A stretch of DNA of 64,000 nucleotides. Origin: Neoechinorhynchus agilis. Taxonomy: Eukaryota; Animalia; Acanthocephala. The stretch spans positions 4,000,389-4,064,388 of the forward strand of contig CM121343.1 in assembly GCA_051530055.1 (NCBI GenBank), written 5' to 3'. The notes under the pieces were generated by a model. The model saw only the letters and a program-made list of their open reading frames with translations, had not been told where the DNA came from and did not search any database. The position numbers were made by a program, and so were the translations under genes. Shown piece after piece: positions 59,016-64,000 of this stretch. Positions within the stretch are counted from its first letter, which is position 1. Every line of letters begins with the position of its first letter.

Positions 59016-59629
59016 CGATCACCGCAGAAACACTGTTCTGTTTCCAGAATAAAATTAGAGAGACCAGAATCGATCGATTGATCATTGGAAGAAATCAGAG
59101 TCTAAAGTGCAGAAGTTTAATTCTTATTCCGCTTTCTTCCATTGCGAGGCAAGGACGCCCTAATTTCTATCTTGAATATAACGCATGACTAACCTTCCCT
59201 TTGAGCTAGAAGCAAAATGTAGAACGTCATCAGAGCCTAGTTTGTCAAATACTACTAACGGATCAGGAAGAAATTGGTCAAAAATCACGATGGTGCCATC
59301 GGACTTAATTACGCTCATATCCGTCCGTTTTGAATTAAAAGAATGTGTTACCGTCAGGATGCAGTGCATTCATTTTTGTTGATTTTTGCTCTTTAGAAAA
59401 TGTCGATCGATTAAAGTAGCAATGAAATCAATAGACATTATCCGAAGGACATCGAATACTCTTTTCTATGATTAACTCTAAACCGAGGAATATCTCCAAG
59501 AAATAAAGTTCACCGACCTTGCTAAACCCGACTGGAGAAATCGTTTTTGGAAACGCCGAATTCGCCAGAAGAATATACGTTCAGATTCCAAGGATTAAAT
59601 GTGACGCAACGTTTAAACACGTATTAATT

Positions 59630-60200
59630 CTGAATTTGTTGTTTTGGTTCTCCTTCCGGTAAAGAATGTTTTGTAAAAAAGACGTTTGGAACCTCGACGG
59701 GTTCCTCTACTTCCAAGGAAACTGATGATGAACCTGACGAGGTTCGAAACGTCTTTTTTTACAAAAAAATCTTTACCAAGCCGATTCTTATCTTAAATTT
59801 AAGAAGCGTTAAATTTCGCATTTACGTCTTTGTACGGTTGAGAACGTTTTTAACGAAGACGCTTCGAAGCTCGTCGTGTTCATTGAGCTTTCTGTAAACG
59901 TAAAGAATCTTTAACCCTACATATTTTAAAATGTTGGTAACGTTTAAACTGAAGATGAATGCAAAGGAAAATTTGTTGTTTTGGTTCTCCTTCCGGTAAA
60001 GAATGTTTTGTGAAAAAAAGACGTTTGGAACCTCGTTGGGACGGAATGAAACCAAAATAAGAAAATACTTCCCTGGTTCCTCCTCACAAATCGACATTGA
60101 TAGCGCTTATAATGATTATTATTGAAAAACATTTAATTTCTTATTTTGTTCTTCGTCCTGTATAGAATGTTTTGTAAAAAAAAGACGTTTGGAACCGTTC
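59630..60200. repeat. Fold-back element (~59630-59800) carrying the hammerhead, plus two further partial left-arm copies (~59968-60035, ~60135-60196)
   Basis: TTTTGTAAAAAAGACGTTT(G)GAACCTCG pairs with CGAGGTTC(G)AAACGTCTTTTTTTTACAAAA; AAGAATGTTTTGT.AAAAAAGACGTTTGGAACC recurs three times. Confidence 0.8.
59715..59760 (+). ncRNA. Intact minimal type-I hammerhead ribozyme
   Basis: AAGGAAA-CTGATGA-T-GAACCT[GACG]AGGTTC-GAAAC-GTC|TTTTTTT: full core, 6-bp stem II, palindromic ACGT stem III, GUC cleavage after 59753, 7-bp stem I (2 G-U). Confidence 0.8.
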
Positions 60201-60472
60201 ATAATGAGTCATTGTTTAAATTTTAATAAAACTCGTTCTTTGCTGGGCGAAGATCAAACTAAGAAACCAATAACCCACCGCCGATACCTAATCGACACGT
60301 ATTAACCCGTACGAATCAAAGTGGCGTTCGAGCACTAAGTGGCGAAATCGGGGTTGCGAGAAGAGGTAACGAAGATGAGGAGTGAGACTTTGATGGAGTG
60401 ATGATAGCTCCATGGAAGTGAAACGCCATCTCACATTATCGTCTACCGCCCTAATGTTCGTTTCCTAGATAC

Positions 60473-63266
60473 ATGGCAAATATTGCTCGTGCTGCTGCGA
60501 CCACAATGGCCGGTGCTCGTATTGGACGGGCGTCGGAGGCGATGAACGTTTCGATTGCGCCTACTGCGACCTTAGTTCCTGATTCGATTGCGAACACTTG
60601 CAAAGTACTTTTTAAGAGATTTCTCTCGAAAACCAAAAGATACCAACAGGCAATTAAGCGTGATTTGTTAAAACCGGAGCGAAATACGATCGTAGTTGAG
60701 ATGAACGACATTGAGGTCTACAATAGCCGCCTAATGGACGCCATTCGCCTGCATTTTTACCGTCTTTATCCAGCTTTATGTGAAGCAGTTGCTGAGTTGG
60801 TGTTTGAGGCTGCCGGTCAATTGTCGGTGCCGGGTCAACGAGATACCATTTCGACTAGTGTATTGAATAAGGAATTTCTGGTAAGTCTCTCTGGCACGCC
60901 GACGCTATTGCGGCTCAGGGAACTGTCTACTCAAAGATTAGGTCAATTTGTACGCATCCAGGCCCAGGTTGTCCGCAACCACCCGGTTCATCCAGAACTG
61001 GTTTTAGCCACGTTCGTATGCAATGATTGTCACAGTGAAATTACCAATGTCAGGCAGCAGTTTAAGTACACTCCGCCGGCGGTTTGTAGCAATGCTCAAT
61101 GTACGAACAGGACGCGATTCAGTCTCGACATTTATAAATCTCACTTTGTCGACTTTCAACGGGTTCGAGTCCAAGAAGTGCAAGCTGAGCTACCAAGAGG
61201 CAATGTACCTCGAACAATGGAAATCATTCTAAGGTCGGAATGTGTCGAAGAAGCACAAGCTGGTGATAGGTGTTATTTTGATGGTTGCCTTATTGTCGTT
61301 CCTGATGTTAGTTCAATTTCACTGCCCGGTGCTCGTGCTGATGTAAGTCGCCCTATCCAATCAGGTCCAAAAAGTGATCTAAGTGGAGCAAGGATTACGA
61401 GTACTGCTGAAATTGGCGAAGGAGTTCGCGGTTTGAAATCGCTTGGAGTGAGAGATCTCAACTACCGAATGGCTTTCTTTGCTTGTCATGTCAAACCGGT
61501 CGCTGCTATGCAAACCTGCAATGTAGAAGAAGCCGAAGCTCAAATGAACGAGCTAACGTCCAGAAATTCAGGTGAAACGGAATCTGATGGTGTAATTGAC
61601 GACATTCCTCCGATTCGCCTCTTAGATCAATACACCAGGGCGTACCGAATCAGTAAAGATAGAAACCTGTTTAGACGTCTCGGTGCCAGTCTTTTTCCTT
61701 CGATATATGGATGCGATGAGATCAAAAGGGGAATCCTTTTGATGCTCTTAGGTGGAGTTCCTAAACGAACTGATGAAGGAATCAATCTAAGAGGTGACAT
61801 AAATATATGCCTCGTGGGTGACCCTAGCACTGCCAAAAGTCAATTCCTTCGACAACTTACTGATTTTGCACCTAGAGCTGTCTACACAAGCGGTAAAGCT
61901 AGCAGTGCAGCAGGATTAACTGCTGCTGTTGTCCGGGATGAGGATTCGGCTGAATTCGTAATAGAAGCCGGGGCTTTAATGTTAGCTGACAATGGTATTT
62001 GTTGCATAGACGAATTCGACAAAATGGATCCAAAGGATCAAGTTGCGATTCACGAAGCAATGGAGCAACAAACAATTAGTCTTGCCAAAGCCGGAGTTAA
62101 GGCTACTTTAAACGCTCGAACTTCGATTCTGGCTGCAGCAAATCCAATTAATGGACGTTACGACAGGCAGAAATCGTTAAGGCAGAACATAAACTTATCC
62201 AGTCCAATAATGTCACGGTTCGATCTATTCTTCATACTAGTTGATCTCTCAAATGAAGTCATCGATTATGCTATAGCTCAACAAATTGTTCAATCTCACG
62301 CTTCTGCTAAACTAATTGGTCTTCCTAATGAACCAAATCTAAAAGACCCAACGTACGGAGGCTTGCACGAGGACGCTGACAATATGGCTTACAGTTTTGA
62401 TGATATTAGAAATTATATTAGCGTTGCTAGGATGTTCAATCCAAAAATGACTGAAGAAGCTCGCATCTCAATTATTAAGGAATACAAAAAATTAAGACAA
62501 AGGGACGCAACATCCGGCGCAAACAGAGAGTATGGGTTTCGATCCCAAGCACCTTCTCGTGGAGGGAGTGGTCGCATAACAGTCAGACAGCTTGAAAGTT
62601 TGATTAGACTATCAGAAGCGGTGGCTAAGCTGCACTGTGTGGATGAAGTAACCTCAGAGCACGTTATGTCAGCAATTGAATTATTAAGTAAATCACTATT
62701 ACGTGTAGAGCATCCCGATGTAGTGCTTAAATATCGAACAGCCGATCGGGATGCTGGCGACCACGAAATGGATATGGATGCATTAACGGGTCGTTCGGAC
62801 GAAGGTGGTGTGGTCGGTGAAGGCATTGATGTTCAAGTCACGTCGAGGGAGACTGCAGAAGATGATACATTTGAGTCATTGATTCATGTCACCTCTGAGC
62901 GACATGAATCAATGTAATAGGCTTTCATATGATGAATATGCTCGGTTAGGTCATCTAATTCTGACCAAAGTGGCCTCCGTCGATACCATCACAAGATCCG
63001 ACCTGGTTGCTTGGTATTTGCGACTTATTGAACCAGATCTTCAATCGAGGGCCGAGTTGTGCCGCGCCCGGGATGTCGTTGCATGTCTAATCGATAGACT
63101 TATTAATGTAGATCACTTATTGATTGTCTTACGTACCATTGGTAGCAGTGGTGCCGATGGTCATCAAATATCGCAATTAACGACAGATCCTCCTCTACCA
63201 AGTACCCAGCTTCTAATGATTCATCCAAGCTATGTGCCTGATACGGAAACCTTAAGAGTTATCTGA
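60473..63266 (+). CDS. MCM6: DNA replication licensing factor MCM6, 2 exons
   Basis: [11 protein letters not shown], zinc finger C-x2-C...C-x4-[12 protein letters not shown], Walker [20 protein letters not shown], arginine finger [24 protein letters not shown] 46-nt GT-AG intron 62875-62920 joins the winged-helix exon (LSYDEYARL...LVAWYL...HPSY). Confidence 0.96.
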
Positions 63267-63317
63267 AACATTTATACTTGAGATGCCAATTAAAAATGCT
63301 CTTCAATGCATGATTTA

Positions 63318-64000
63318 TTAAACTTTTCTACCAGCTTTACTAAACGCCGATGTGTTCGAAAAATACTTGGGTGTAGCATTTCCACTCTGCTTCTGGGCCT
63401 CTGCAAATCTGCCGGGCAATGGATCGGTTCGCTTTGCTGAGCGAAGTGTCGTTTTTGACATTACGCTGCTAACTGACTTTCCGTCAATTTCGCCGTCGCA
63501 ACCGGTCACCTCTGACATTGCTCCTGCGCTTATTATCTCAAGCCCCTAAAAAAATGAAGTATTACGTTGAAAATTGTAATTTCCTTGGGAACAACCGCAA
63601 GAAACGATTCACAAAAATTTAGAATAATACGCTTTTTAAAGTATTCGTGCTTAGGACAAAGCATATCGATTCTTTGCGAAAAACGCTGATAAGTTGATGC
63701 TCAAGGATTGGACTGGTTACCTGAAAAGGCGTGAAGACAACACTGGATGCTGTTCCACATACAGATCGCTTAGAAATAGAACTTCGATTTCCTCCAATTG
63801 GAGTAAAGGAATTTTTGACTGCCCTTCGCTCTCTCTGAAGTGATCTATGGAGCTTTTGAGATATCCTGGTTTTGATTTTTGCGTCGATTGGTGCTGCTCT
63901 CACTCGTCCAGCTAAAACGACTTTACTCACACCACTACTGGAATTACCCGTAGCGCTATCAGTTAAGGCGACACCCAACTGCCCCATCGATAGTTCTAGG
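63318..64000 (-). CDS. PRPF31: U4/U6 snRNP protein PRPF31, 3' end (runs off the window end)
   Basis: GRVRAAPIDAKIKTRISQKLHRSLQ...GTASSVVFTPFQ|GLEII...KYFSNTSAFSK matches the Prp31 C-terminus; GT-AG intron ~63720-63547. Confidence 0.88.

Noticed and set aside
1-64000. rRNA, snRNA, SL-RNA, intact tRNA genes, telomeric repeats
   Set aside because: None of the conserved signatures were seen on manual reading.

Overview
Eukaryotic DNA from an invertebrate animal with a very compact genome (about 37% GC by eye; most introns 43-55 nt; the taxon cannot be fixed from this window). Recognisable genes: IMMP2L, HSPA12, ARL6IP1, atypical PKC, PKA RII-like subunit, SMG8, EXOC6/Sec15, PP2A B'' (PPP2R3), a BET/BRD4-like protein, probable WAPL, an SH3-less endophilin-B, PDCD4, MCM6 and the 3' end of PRPF31. 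There are also three or four unassigned genes. Intergenic DNA holds tandem arrays (106, ~440, 235, ~175 and 194 bp units), three 3' fragments of CRE-type RLE non-LTR retrotransposons and a Penelope-like (GIY-YIG) remnant. Main candidate system: minimal type-I hammerhead ribozyme motifs (48.4, 52.7, 59.7 kb, plus a non-canonical core in the 235-bp array) and two intron-retaining tail-to-tail partial duplications of host genes (PP2A B'' and WAPL) that would fold into 376-bp and 730-bp RNA hairpins. The WAPL duplication starts about 30 nt after the Penelope-like hammerhead. Also notable: two co-directional gene pairs only 49 and 55 nt apart with an AG acceptor directly before the downstream ATG (operon/trans-splicing-like), and several GC-AG introns. 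All calls come from manual reading and recalled family motifs; no searches or folding programs were run.
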